From positions 140,664 to 204,663 of the forward strand of contig CBDBNO010000011.1 of the NCBI GenBank assembly GCA_965207785.1: DNA of 64,000 nucleotides, given 5' to 3'. The DNA comes from Alphaproteobacteria bacterium. GTDB taxonomy: Bacteria; Pseudomonadota; Alphaproteobacteria; SP197. A program made the translations under genes and the position numbers. The notes beneath the pieces were generated by a model. That model made no database searches. It had not been told where the DNA came from and worked only from the letters and a program-made list of their open reading frames with translations. Positions 25,956 through 35,025 of this stretch are shown here, one piece after another. The stretch's first letter is position 1; every line of letters begins with the position of its first letter.

Positions 25956-27962
25956 GTGAAACGCATCGGAGTCGATATCGGCGGTACCTTCACCGACCTC
26001 GTGTTGTACGATGGCGCCCGGAACGTCATTTGCAGCGCCAAGACGCTGAGCACTCCCGAAGCACCCGAACAGGCTGTCAGACAGTTGCTGGGAGATGTCG
26101 GCATCGGCGAGGGCGAATCGTTTCAGCTCATGCACGGCACCACGCTCGTGACCAATCTGATCGTGGAGCGGTCCGGTGCGAAAGTCGGTCTCGTGACCAC
26201 CCGTGGTTTCAGAGACGTGCTGGAATCCATGCGCGCCGACCGCCAGCATCTTTACGATCTTCAATGGGACAAGCCCAGGCCATTCGTCCCACGCTATCTG
26301 CGTGTCGAAGTGCACGAACGCCTGGACCACCGCGGAAACGTGCTAATCGAGCTGCACGACGAGGATGTCAGCAACGTGGTCAGGTATCTGCTCGGGCATG
26401 ACGTCGAGGCGGTGGCGGTCTGCCTTTTGCACTCCTATGCCAATCCGGTTCACGAGAGGCGGATTGCGGACATCATCGCAGAGATGGCCCCCGAACTTCC
26501 GGTCACGGTATCATGCGACGTCAACCCGGAGATTCGAGAGTACGAGCGAACCAGCACGACAGTCCTCAACAGCTATGCATTGCCCAAGACCAAGGCTTAC
26601 GTCGCCCGGCTTGAACAGGCCTTCAGCCGAACCGGCTTGATCAGGTACATGCACAGTGGCGGCGGGCTGGTGTCTGCCGAGGTGGCGCGAAGCATGCCGG
26701 TACACCTGGCCTTCTCCGGTCCGGCTGCAGGGGTCCGGGCAGCAACCTGGGTCTGCCAGCGCGCCGGAATCTCCGACATTGTCACTGTCGACATGGGCGG
26801 CACCAGCTTCGACGTGTGCCTGGTTCAGGATGGCGTGCCGGAAACCACGGGCGAACTGGAAGTCGAGTGGGAGATTCCCATCCGTGCGCGTGCGCTCAAC
26901 ATCAACTCCATCGGCGCCGGCGGTGGCAGTATCGCTTGGATCGATGCCGGGGGCGCTCTGCGCGTGGGACCACGCAGCGCGCGTGCCGATCCGGGGCCGG
27001 CCTGCTACAACCGCGGGGGTGCCGAGCCGACCGTGACGGATGCCAACATGGTCCTGGGCTTGCTCAATCCGGCGGGATTCTCCGGCAGCGGGCTCGTTCT
27101 GGATGCCGACAAGTCCATCCGCGCGCTGCAGTCGCTGGCGGAAAACTTCGACCAGCCGGTAGCAGAAATGGCCAAGGGCATCTACAGCATCGTGAATGCC
27201 AACATGGCCCAGGCCATTCGCGAGATCACCATTGAAAAGGGTATCGATCCCCGGGACTTCACCGTCGTGTCCTTCGGGGGTGCCGGGGGACAACATGCCG
27301 TCGAAGTGGCCAGGGAAGTGGGCGCGCGCCGGGTTGCCTTTCCCGCGCTGCCGGGGACGTTCTCGGCGCTCGGCCTGCTGGCGGCCGATATGAGATACTC
27401 ACGCTCCAGAAGCATGGTGACGCACCTCCGTGACGTTCCCATGGACCGGCTTTCGGACGAGCTTGCCACTCTGAAGCGGCAGGGGCTTTCCCTGCTCGCC
27501 TCGGAGCACGAGATGGCTCATCATGGGATCACAGTCGAATGCAGCGCCGATCTCCGCTACGTGCAACAGTCCCACGAGATCAATGTCGACCTCGATCCCG
27601 ACGAGTTGACCCATGAGAGAATCTATGCCGACTTCGAGACCATGCACGAACGTTTGTACGGTACCAGACTGGAAGACCCCTTGGAGATCATCAGCCTTCA
27701 CGTGACCGTTTCAGGCCGAGTCCCGCGCCCTCGCCTTCCGGAGGAGGAACCGGGACCGACGGCCTTGCCGAAACCAGTGCGCCACGCCGAGGTAGCGTTC
27801 CTTGACGAGCCGGTCGCGGTGTTCGACCGCGAGGCCATGCGAGCGGGGATGGCCATCACCCGGCCTGCTCTCATCGAGGAACCCCATTCCATTCTGTATG
27901 TTCCGAACGATTGCAGCGGGCAGGTCGACAGATACGGAAACATCACCATTGAACTGAACTGA
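25956..27962 (+). CDS. hyuA: hydantoinase A/oxoprolinase family protein, second copy (HyuA-like), GTG start
   Basis: VKRIGVDIGGTFTDLVLYDG... The ORF-track entry starts far upstream in-frame. GTG at 25956 follows GGAGCA and matches the family N-terminus. Confidence 0.8.
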   Translation: MKRIGVDIGGTFTDLVLYDGARNVICSAKTLSTPEAPEQAVRQLLGDVGIGEGESFQLMHGTTLVTNLIVERSGAKVGLVTTRGFRDVLESMRADRQHLYDLQWDKPRPFVPRYLRVEVHERLDHRGNVLIELHDEDVSNVVRYLLGHDVEAVAVCLLHSYANPVHERRIADIIAEMAPELPVTVSCDVNPEIREYERTSTTVLNSYALPKTKAYVARLEQAFSRTGLIRYMHSGGGLVSAEVARSMPVHLAFSGPAAGVRAATWVCQRAGISDIVTVDMGGTSFDVCLVQDGVPETTGELEVEWEIPIRARALNINSIGAGGGSIAWIDAGGALRVGPRSARADPGPACYNRGGAEPTVTDANMVLGLLNPAGFSGSGLVLDADKSIRALQSLAENFDQPVAEMAKGIYSIVNANMAQAIREITIEKGIDPRDFTVVSFGGAGGQHAVEVAREVGARRVAFPALPGTFSALGLLAADMRYSRSRSMVTHLRDVPMDRLSDELATLKRQGLSLLASEHEMAHHGITVECSADLRYVQQSHEINVDLDPDELTHERIYADFETMHERLYGTRLEDPLEIISLHVTVSGRVPRPRLPEEEPGPTALPKPVRHAEVAFLDEPVAVFDREAMRAGMAITRPALIEEPHSILYVPNDCSGQVDRYGNITIELN

Positions 27963-27967
27963 ACTGC

Positions 27968-29722
27968 ATGCTTGAGGATCCGTTTACCAGCGAAGTGATT
28001 CGCTCCTATCTCGCATCCACCGTCCGGGAAATGGTCAAGGCAACCACCCGGACCGCCTACTCCATCGTATTCAGTGAAGGAGCGGATTTCTCCTGCGCGT
28101 TGTTCGACGGGCAGGCGAGATGCATCAGCCTGGAATCAGGCAATCCGGTGCACATGGCTTCGCTGCCGAGTGCCTTGCAAGCCCTCAGGGAGAGATACCC
28201 CGAAATCGATGAAGGTGACGTCCTACTGACCAACGATCCCTACAGGGGCGGGACCCATCATTCCGATGTGGTGGTCGTCAAACCGATTTTCCACGCGGAA
28301 AAGCTGGTCGCATTCGGCATCAACCGCGGCCACTGGTCGGATATCGGAGGCATGTCCGCCGGCGGTTTTTCCGGCGCCGCACGAGATGTGATCCAGGAGG
28401 GCCTGATTATTCCACCCATCAAGCTTTATCGGCGCGGCAGACTGGTGCCGGAACTCAAGGATCTGCTGACGTCGAACGTGCGTGTGAGCGACAGGGTCTG
28501 GGGTGATCTGCAGGCTCAGATTGCGGCCGTGATAACGGCGGAAAGACGCTTGAAATCCCTGATCGAGAAGTATGGCCTGACTGCGGTCATCGATGGTATG
28601 GACTATGCCATTGCCTACAGCAAGCGGCGATTCCTGCGCGGGATGCAGGCCATACCCGACGGTGACTATCACGCGGTCCAGTTCATGGAGGATGATGGCG
28701 CAGTCGATCGTCCGTACCGAATCGAAGTGCACATCACCAAGATGGCAGACGGGTTCACGGTGGATTTCAACGGCTCGGACCGCCAGGCGCTTGGACCGAT
28801 CAATGCATCGCTCGCGGTGTCGATGGCATCCTCCTTCTGCGCGCTCACCGCCGTGGTCGATGCCTACACGCCCCTGAACCAGGGCGTATTCGATCTGGTC
28901 GATGTGATTGCACCCGAGGGAAGCGTGGTCAATCCGACCTATCCGGCACCCTTGTACGGAGGCAACTGCGACACTGCTGCACGAATCTTCGAGGCCGTAG
29001 TGAAGGCATTCGCCGGCGCGATGCCGGAGCGCGTGATGTCAGGGCATGTGGCGTCCGGCATGAATACGACAGCTTGGGGCCAGGAACCGGAATCCCGGAA
29101 CGAGTTCGCCTGGTACATGTTTCCAAGCGGTGGCTGGGGAGCAAGGGCGTCAAAAGATGGCAACAATGACGTGTTCCATGCCATGGGCAACTGCATGAAT
29201 CAGCCCGTTGAGGTGTGGGAGACACGCCATCCCACCCGGATCGAGAAGTGCGAACTGCGAACCGATTCAGGAGGGGCCGGCAGATTTCGGGGTGGACTGG
29301 GCATAGAGCGTCACCTGCGGATGCTGGCCAGGGAAACACTGGTCTCGGCATTGGCTGATGGCTGCGCCCAACAACCGTTTGGCCTGGATGGCGGCCGGCC
29401 CGGAAGTTCCAATGCCTTTGAATTGATCCGCGCAGCCGACGGACCTAGGTCGTTGCGGGAAGCATACGACTTGCCGTCTTGGGGAAAGTTCTCGAATGTG
29501 CCGTTGCAGCAAGACGACATTTTGTCCATAAAATGTGCAGGCGGCGGTGGTTTCGGATCACCGGAGGAACGCGATTTCGAGGCTCTGGAGTGGGACGTCC
29601 TCAATGGCTACGTGTCACCCGAGGCCGCCCGGGACGAGTATCGCGTCTGTATCGACGAATCCACCGGCAAGATCGATCGCAAGAAGACCGAAGAGCTCAG
29701 GAGCCGTTCCACCCGGCGGTAA
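27968..29722 (+). CDS. hyuB: hydantoinase B/oxoprolinase family protein, second copy (HyuB-like)
   Basis: 584 aa. Hydantoinase_B family. 5 nt downstream of the second hyuA. Confidence 0.8.
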   Translation: MLEDPFTSEVIRSYLASTVREMVKATTRTAYSIVFSEGADFSCALFDGQARCISLESGNPVHMASLPSALQALRERYPEIDEGDVLLTNDPYRGGTHHSDVVVVKPIFHAEKLVAFGINRGHWSDIGGMSAGGFSGAARDVIQEGLIIPPIKLYRRGRLVPELKDLLTSNVRVSDRVWGDLQAQIAAVITAERRLKSLIEKYGLTAVIDGMDYAIAYSKRRFLRGMQAIPDGDYHAVQFMEDDGAVDRPYRIEVHITKMADGFTVDFNGSDRQALGPINASLAVSMASSFCALTAVVDAYTPLNQGVFDLVDVIAPEGSVVNPTYPAPLYGGNCDTAARIFEAVVKAFAGAMPERVMSGHVASGMNTTAWGQEPESRNEFAWYMFPSGGWGARASKDGNNDVFHAMGNCMNQPVEVWETRHPTRIEKCELRTDSGGAGRFRGGLGIERHLRMLARETLVSALADGCAQQPFGLDGGRPGSSNAFELIRAADGPRSLREAYDLPSWGKFSNVPLQQDDILSIKCAGGGGFGSPEERDFEALEWDVLNGYVSPEAARDEYRVCIDESTGKIDRKKTEELRSRSTRR

Positions 29723-29761
29723 CCGCTGAACCCGTAACCCGGTCGAGACAGGACTATCAAC

Positions 29762-30373
29762 ATGCAGATTGTGTTCAGTCGCACCTCACCGTACGCACGC
29801 AAGGTCATGGTGCTGGCCCATGAGACCGGCGTGATCGATGAGTTCGAAATCATTGAAAGCGGTGATTTGTCAGCCGTGACAAGGAACGAGACCGTTGTTG
29901 CAAGAAATCCCATCGGAAAGATACCGGTGCTGGTGCTGGATGATGGTTCGTCCGTGATTGATTCTCGGGTTATCTGCGAGTTTCTCGACGGTCTGCACAC
30001 GGGTCCAAGGATGTTTCCACCGTCGGGCCGGCGCAGATGGCAGGTGCTCACCCGACAGGCTGTCGCGGAGGGAATCCTGGACGCGGCCGTGAACACGCGT
30101 GACGAGATCATGCTGCGTCCCGAACGGTACCGGTGGCCGGAGTGGATTGACGGCCAGATGCTCAAGGTCCGCCGCGCGCTCGACCAGCTGGAGACGGAAG
30201 TCGGCGACATCGATGCCGCCGTGGACATGGGTAGCATCGCCGTTGCCTGCGCACTTGGCTACTTGGACTTCCGGTACAAGGACGAGGGCTGGCGGGACAG
30301 CCGACCCGGGTTGGCCGAGTGGTACCGGGCGTTTTCGGCTCGCCCGTCCATGCAGGCAACCACTCCGGAGTGA
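29762..30373 (+). CDS. glutathione S-transferase
   Basis: 203 aa. N-terminal thioredoxin-like GST domain (SPYARKV, IPVLVLDDG) and C-terminal helical domain. Confidence 0.7.
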   Translation: MQIVFSRTSPYARKVMVLAHETGVIDEFEIIESGDLSAVTRNETVVARNPIGKIPVLVLDDGSSVIDSRVICEFLDGLHTGPRMFPPSGRRRWQVLTRQAVAEGILDAAVNTRDEIMLRPERYRWPEWIDGQMLKVRRALDQLETEVGDIDAAVDMGSIAVACALGYLDFRYKDEGWRDSRPGLAEWYRAFSARPSMQATTPE

Positions 30374-30378
30374 GCGAC

Positions 30379-30792
30379 ATGACCACGCTCCGTGTCAATG
30401 CCGGACCTTTCGAGTTCATCGCCAGGATGGAAGAGGACAATGCGCCGGAAACCTGCGCGGCGTTCCAGGAGCTGCTGCCCTTCAAGAACAAGCTCATCCA
30501 TGTGCGCTGGAGTGGCGAGGCCACGTGGATTCCGCTCGGTGACTTCCAGATGGGGGTAGGCTTCGAGAACCACACCAGCTATCCCTCACGAGGTGACGTG
30601 CTGCTGTACCCGGGTGGCATCAGCGAGACCGAAATCCTGCTTGCATACGGTAGCACCAGCTTTGCCAGCAAGATGGGGCAACTGGCCGGAAATCACTTTC
30701 TCACCATCATTGAAGGTCGAGAGCATCTCGTCGAACTGGGCCAGCTGGTGCTTTGGGAGGGCGCTCAGAACATCGTGTTCGACAGGACGTGA
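30379..30792 (+). CDS. cyclophilin-like DUF3830 family protein (hypothetical)
   Basis: MTTLRVNAGPFEFIARMEEDNAPETCAAFQELLPF... about 137 aa. The ORF-track start at 30319 overlaps the GST; ATG 30379 fits the family N-terminus. Confidence 0.45.
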   Translation: MTTLRVNAGPFEFIARMEEDNAPETCAAFQELLPFKNKLIHVRWSGEATWIPLGDFQMGVGFENHTSYPSRGDVLLYPGGISETEILLAYGSTSFASKMGQLAGNHFLTIIEGREHLVELGQLVLWEGAQNIVFDRT

Positions 30793-30949
30793 GTGATCAC
30801 GAAGAAAGAGCCGGGATGCGCGCCGGTGCCGCTTTCGACCTTCGAGTAGATATTGAATCACATCGACGATGCCGGATGCGAACTTTTCGACCGTGTGCAC
30901 CGCGACGCGGCGGCGACGCAGTCAACTGCTCCGCCGCCAGGACCAGTTC

Positions 30950-31113
30950 ACCTGGGTGAACCATCTCATCTTGGCCAACTCGGCTACGTGCTCCTGTCAC
31001 AGACCGCAAGCGAGTTCCCGTTCGACGTCTTCAGCCGGCGCTACGAGAACAGCGCCACCGTCGTCACCTCCAACCTGCGCTCCCCGAAAACGAACATCCG
31101 GGTACGCCGGTGA
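30950..31113 (+). pseudogene. IS21-family IstB (AAA+ helper) C-terminal fragment, IS remnant
   Basis: ...LGQLGYVLLSQTASEFPFDVFSRRYENSATVVTSNL... matches the IstB core (LDELGY.P......LLF.VIS.RYER.S.I.TSNL). No N-terminal ATPase domain and no istA. Confidence 0.5.
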
Positions 31114-31597
31114 ACGCCTCACCGGCGTTCTGCTCGACCGCATCTCCCATCACGTTTCATCCTGGAGATGAATGGCGAGAGCTATCGGCCCAAGCAGAGC
31201 CAATTGCGCCGCCGGTCTTTCGTTCAAGAACCCGTCTGACCCCGTGGACCCTCCTGCGGATCTGCAGGGACAAGCAAACCGGGCATTCGATGGATCGATG
31301 CCCATGACCAAGCACCGAACCCGCAGCATCGCTCCAAGGCGCCAGGTTGTTTCAGGAGTAAGTCGCCGGCGAAACGCTCCGCTCCTCGACGCGCCGCTTT
31401 GACCTGTCCCGGAACCTGATCCGGACCTGGGTGGACCGGCATGAGGCCCGCACCTTCGACGAGGAGGCCGAAGCGGCCGATACCACCCTGGAGTACGAAG
31501 TGCTGATCGACAAAGCCGAGCAATCAAACCGTTGGACTCCCAAAGAGGAGCAGGTCAAGTTGGCCCGATTGGTGGCGGAAGACCGGAGCGCGATGTC

Positions 31598-32332
31598 ATG
31601 ACCCTGGACTGGAACCTCGACGGCCGCGTGGTCGTCAACTGGAAGACCTGCGACTGCCAACCCTTTCCCGCCCTCGGGGGCGGAGAGACCGGTCTGACGT
31701 GGCACCCGGTCCGCGCCATGTCCGGTTGCGGCGACGGCACCTACCTGATGAAGGTGACGCCGGGCGGCTCTACCGGGCTGCACGCCCACGCGGGCCGGGA
31801 GTCCTTCGTCGTTCTCGAGGGCGCACTGGTGGACGGCGACGGCACGGTCCTCGTCGAGGGCGACGTGGTGACCTACGATCCCGGCACGCGCCACCGCACC
31901 GACAGCCCCGAATGCTGCACGCTGATGGTGTGGAACGAGGCGCCGATCGAATTGGTCGAGGGTGACGAGGAGTTTGGAGCCATGAAAGCCGGACGCAGGA
32001 TTGTCAACTGGAAGACGACCGCCTACGAACGCTACCCCCGCCTGCCCGAGACCGCCGATCAGATCGACTGGTGCAACGTCCGCGCCGATCCGGAGACGGG
32101 ACAGGGCCTGTCGCTCATCAGGTTCGCGCCGGGCGCCAGTTCCCGGCTCCACGAGCACAGGGGCTGGGAGGAATTCATCGTGCTCGATGGAATGGCCACC
32201 GACCCCGACGGCACGACCTACCGCACCGGCGACGCGGTGAGCCTGCCCCCCGGCAGCGTCCACGCCTCCCGCCCCGACACCGGCTGCATAGGCGCCGTCA
32301 TGATCGAGAAGCCAGTCATGAGGCTGGCGTAG
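31598..32332 (+). CDS. bicupin (two cupin-2 domains) protein
   Basis: MTLDWNLDGRVVVNWKT... Two repeated halves, each with G.H.H...E metal motifs (GLHAHAGRESFVVLEG; RLHEHRGWEEFIVLDG). Confidence 0.55.
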   Translation: MTLDWNLDGRVVVNWKTCDCQPFPALGGGETGLTWHPVRAMSGCGDGTYLMKVTPGGSTGLHAHAGRESFVVLEGALVDGDGTVLVEGDVVTYDPGTRHRTDSPECCTLMVWNEAPIELVEGDEEFGAMKAGRRIVNWKTTAYERYPRLPETADQIDWCNVRADPETGQGLSLIRFAPGASSRLHEHRGWEEFIVLDGMATDPDGTTYRTGDAVSLPPGSVHASRPDTGCIGAVMIEKPVMRLA

Positions 32333-32662
32333 GGTTGGTCTGGCGCAAGGATCGAAGAGTCGCGCGAGCGGTATCGATCCCGATGCGGCTGGTCATGGTG
32401 CTCCGGGCCCTCGAGCCCGCATGATGAGGGCGCTCTTCCCGACAACGTTGCCAGCTCGTCCACCGCCACGACGAACCCGTCAGGTTCGCGTCACCTCGCC
32501 GCAAGTGGAGGCCACCGGACCACGGTGGCGGTAGAGAGTTGCCGTCATGCGTGCCCGTTAGCCCGTGACTCGTGTCCCCGCCAATTCTGCGGAGTGCGTC
32601 GATAACTGGACCCAAACGATCGTCGACGGCATGCTTGACGACACACACGAGGAGGCAAAAGG

Positions 32663-33190
32663 ATGGATGCAATCGTGACGGATCCCAGAGCGTTCATCGG
32701 TTTCGACGAGCCGGTCCTGGCCCATCTTGGGCAGAAACCCGAGATGGTGGTCTGGGACACCAGCGACGAGAGGATGTGGGTCGAGATTGAACCGAACATC
32801 TTCTTCCGCCCGTTGATGTTTGACATGGTGACCGGCGCCCACAGCGAGCTTCTCAAGATCCACGGGCCCGCGACCCTGGGCCGCCATCGCCACACCGCAG
32901 CGGTGCACGGTTTCGTGATCAAGGGAGAGTGGCACTACAAGGAGCACACCTGGAGAGCGAAGCAGGGCTCTTACATCTATGAGGCTCCGGGTGAGGTGCA
33001 CACGCTGACCGTTGATGCCGATTGTGAGGAAATGATCACGTACTTCTATGTCGGCGGTTCGCTGATCTACATGGACGATGACGAGAACATCCTTTCGATC
33101 GAGGACAACATCGGTCTGATCGAGATGTGCCGGGATCACTTCGAAAAGGTGGGTCTGGGCGGCGATTTCGTGCACAACTTCATCCGCTGA
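32663..33190 (+). CDS. 2,4'-dihydroxyacetophenone dioxygenase-like cupin protein
   Basis: 175 aa. Length and sequence pattern of the DAD cupin family (HRHTAAVHGFVIKGEW...GEVHTL). Confidence 0.5.
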   Translation: MDAIVTDPRAFIGFDEPVLAHLGQKPEMVVWDTSDERMWVEIEPNIFFRPLMFDMVTGAHSELLKIHGPATLGRHRHTAAVHGFVIKGEWHYKEHTWRAKQGSYIYEAPGEVHTLTVDADCEEMITYFYVGGSLIYMDDDENILSIEDNIGLIEMCRDHFEKVGLGGDFVHNFIR

Positions 33191-33349
33191 TCGCCAAGCC
33201 GACTGGTTTCGGAACGCCCGACGAGGAGTGCGGGCGGACCGTCCCGTCGGCCCCAATGTGTTCCGGGTGAGGTCGGTGGCGGGATTGCCGCGGATCACGT
33301 CCGGGAACGTTGACGTCAGGGTGGGCTGAAACGAGGAAATCGACCAACT

Positions 33350-34750
33350 TTGGAGGGAAAGGTGGACAACACGAAGCTCTGGGGCGGAGAGCCCTACTAT
33401 GGCCTGGATTACGAATTCGACCCCCAGTGGTTCCTCACCGATGAGCAGCAGAAGCTCCAGCGCCAACTCATCGAGGTGTGCCACGATGTCCTTCGTCCCA
33501 ATGCGGCCAAGTGCGACGAGTCGGGCGCCTATCCCTGGGAGAGCGTGAAGGCTCTGGCCGAGTTGCGGCTGCTCGGCTGCATCGTGCCCGAGAAGTGGGG
33601 CGGGCGTGGCGAGAATCACACGGGCCTCGCGATGATCGGCGAGACCATCACCCGTTACGGCTGTCCATCGACCGGGGTGATCTTCATGATGCACATGGCC
33701 GGTCTCGCGGCGCTTCTGTTCCGGGCCGGCGGCAATCGGGCCATACAGGAACTCCTTGCCCGCATCGACAGCGACGTCATGATCGGCTCGGCCTCCTACA
33801 CCGATCCCGAGACGGGCGGCCACTTCTGGTATCCCAAGGTCTCCGGCGTCGAGAGGGTCGACGGCGGCTGGCATGTCAGGAAACGTTCCGCGTTCACCAC
33901 CTCCTGCGGCGAGGCCCGCTGGATGACGACCCAGACGACAAGTCCCGATTTTGACGGTGACTACTCCGACCTCTCCGTCTTCCTCGTCTACGAGGACGAA
34001 ATGAAGCCCAACCCGGGTCTATGGGACGTCATGGGCATGCGGGCTACCAGCTCCGGTCCTGTCGATTTCGACGTGGTGCTGCCCGAGGACCGTATGGTCG
34101 GTCCGCCGGGCGACGGCGCCGCGTCCAACGACGAGGCCGTCAACGCGGTGGGGATGATCATGTATGGCGCGCTCTACTGCGGTGTGGCCATGGGGGCCCT
34201 GGATATCGCCAAGCGCTACACAACCCAGCGCCGTCACGCCAACTTCGGTCAGTGCGTCGCGGACTATCCGACCACGCATGATGTCTACGGAACCAGCGTG
34301 GTGGATGCCCAGGCCGCACGAATGTTCCTCTTCAGCTTCTGCCAGCAACTGGACCGGGCCACCAGCAACGGCGATTGGACCCTTTACGAGGACGATCCCG
34401 ATGCGCGACCCCGTTCCCCATACATCCTGTGGGGCTTGAAGGTGAAGGAAGTGGCGGCCCGCGCCGCCAGCGAGGTCACCGAGCGCATGTTCCGGCTGTT
34501 CGGCGGGTCAGGGTTCAGTCGCAACCTCGAGATCGAACGCCTTCTGCGGGACTCCAAGGCTGGTTGGGTAATGGGACCGAGCAACGAGGTGACTCGCGGC
34601 ATGGTGGGACGCTGGGCGCTGCACGGCGGCGAGGCCGTTGACTGGTGGAACCAACGCCCCAACGTTGGCCTGCTCAACGCCGAGATCGGCAAGCTCGACC
34701 CTGAAGGCAAGAAGAAACTCATCGCGCAGCTTGAATCCAACCTTGCTTGA
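33350..34750 (+). CDS. acyl-CoA dehydrogenase family protein
   Basis: 466 aa. ACAD N, middle and C domains (C-terminal RLFGGSGFSRNLEIERLLRD). Confidence 0.65.
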   Translation: MEGKVDNTKLWGGEPYYGLDYEFDPQWFLTDEQQKLQRQLIEVCHDVLRPNAAKCDESGAYPWESVKALAELRLLGCIVPEKWGGRGENHTGLAMIGETITRYGCPSTGVIFMMHMAGLAALLFRAGGNRAIQELLARIDSDVMIGSASYTDPETGGHFWYPKVSGVERVDGGWHVRKRSAFTTSCGEARWMTTQTTSPDFDGDYSDLSVFLVYEDEMKPNPGLWDVMGMRATSSGPVDFDVVLPEDRMVGPPGDGAASNDEAVNAVGMIMYGALYCGVAMGALDIAKRYTTQRRHANFGQCVADYPTTHDVYGTSVVDAQAARMFLFSFCQQLDRATSNGDWTLYEDDPDARPRSPYILWGLKVKEVAARAASEVTERMFRLFGGSGFSRNLEIERLLRDSKAGWVMGPSNEVTRGMVGRWALHGGEAVDWWNQRPNVGLLNAEIGKLDPEGKKKLIAQLESNLA

Positions 34751-35025
34751 GACCTCCCGCTGTCGGGGCCGGGCGACGTCGTTGATCATGCCCCTGAAAC
34801 CGCGCTCCGCGTGCTGACCTGAAAGGGGTGCGGCCGTACCGTCCGGTACCTGTCTTGGTCACACTTCAGGGGCCGTATGTCTCCGCTTACGCCCTCTGAG
34901 CCACTCACATGACTGCTTGCAGGTGCCCTGCGCGAGATGGTGGAGCTGTCATGGTCGTGGGCGTCGCGCAGGCCGGCATCCGCTCTCGTTGTCGCGCGTC
35001 CGAGACCGCCCGACTCCTGAGAGAA

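Noticed and set aside
32558-33874. 438-aa minus-strand ORF
   Set aside because: It is antisense to two well-supported plus-strand genes (the Dad-like cupin and the acyl-CoA dehydrogenase) and has no recognisable domains.
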